NCBI RefSeq assembly: GCF_004010195.1
Contig: NC_057717.1
Coordinates: 107,378,989 to 107,398,988, forward strand
DNA length: 20,000 nucleotides
Direction of reading: 5' to 3'
Source of the DNA: Chiloscyllium plagiosum
Lineage: Eukaryota
Positions 19,815 through 20,000 of the stretch are shown here, one piece after another. The translations under genes were made by a program, and so were the position numbers. The first letter of the stretch is position 1, and each line of letters opens with the position of its first letter. Below the pieces are notes generated by a model that was given only the letters and a program-made list of their open reading frames with translations, ran no database searches and was not told the DNA's origin.

Positions 19815-20000
19815 GCGAGTTTTGAGAAGATTTGTGACTCAGATTGAGGTTTTGGATGTAGATTTGCTCGCTGAGCTGAAAGATTCATTTCTTGACATTT
19901 CATTACCTTATTAATTAACATCTTCAGTGGACCTCATGCGAAGCAATGCTGAAAATTCCTGCTTTCTATTTATAGAAAGAAACCCAAACATATAAAGTAG
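19815..20000. mobile_element. Penelope-like terminal repeat of a third family, apparently folding back near 19975 and running off the window
   Basis: gagaagatttgtgactcagattgagg...ttgctcgctgagctg...gacatttcattacc...aacatcttcagtgg carries a hammerhead-like core on the minus strand. ctatttata (19966-19974) is mirrored by tataaagtag (19991-20000). Confidence 0.65.
19894..19930 (-). ncRNA. Minimal hammerhead-ribozyme relic (core present, helices decayed)
   Basis: Minus strand reads cca-CUGAAGA-u-guua-(auuaauaagg)-uaau-GAAA-u-GUC. The CUGANGA, GAAA and NUH elements are in the correct order. Helix II is weak, and helix I and the palindromic ACGU helix III are damaged. Confidence 0.5.

Noticed and set aside
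1..20000. Prokaryote-type systems (CRISPR arrays, retrons, operons)
   Set aside because: There are no regularly spaced repeats and no gene-dense ORFs. All RT motifs belong to eukaryotic non-LTR retrotransposons.

Overview
Non-genic or intronic, repeat-dense vertebrate DNA. It is most likely from a cartilaginous fish (shark), inferred from recognisable HE1/V-SINEs, HER1/CR1-type LINEs and shark-type Penelope-like repeats. Well over half of the window is decayed and often nested retroelements: CR1/HER1, a second CR1/L2-group LINE family, Rex1/Babar, RTE, tRNA-derived SINEs and Penelope-like element (PLE) pieces. No intact protein-coding gene is supported, and most listed ORFs are LINE fragments or their antisense shadows. 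One 42-nt candidate exon lies on the minus strand (17782-17823). Three things stand out. (1) A very young 200-bp insertion at 8619-8833 has a perfect 65-bp inverted repeat, a 15-bp target duplication and broken hammerhead-ribozyme halves in its loop. It is one of about five short PLE-terminus relics carrying hammerhead-core remnants. (2) A CR1 copy is followed, after its 3' tail, by a 136-bp duplicate of its own interior. (3) A 5'-truncated SINE has its truncation point complementary to its own target flank. Family names come from recalled motifs, not from a database search, and boundaries of old repeats are approximate.
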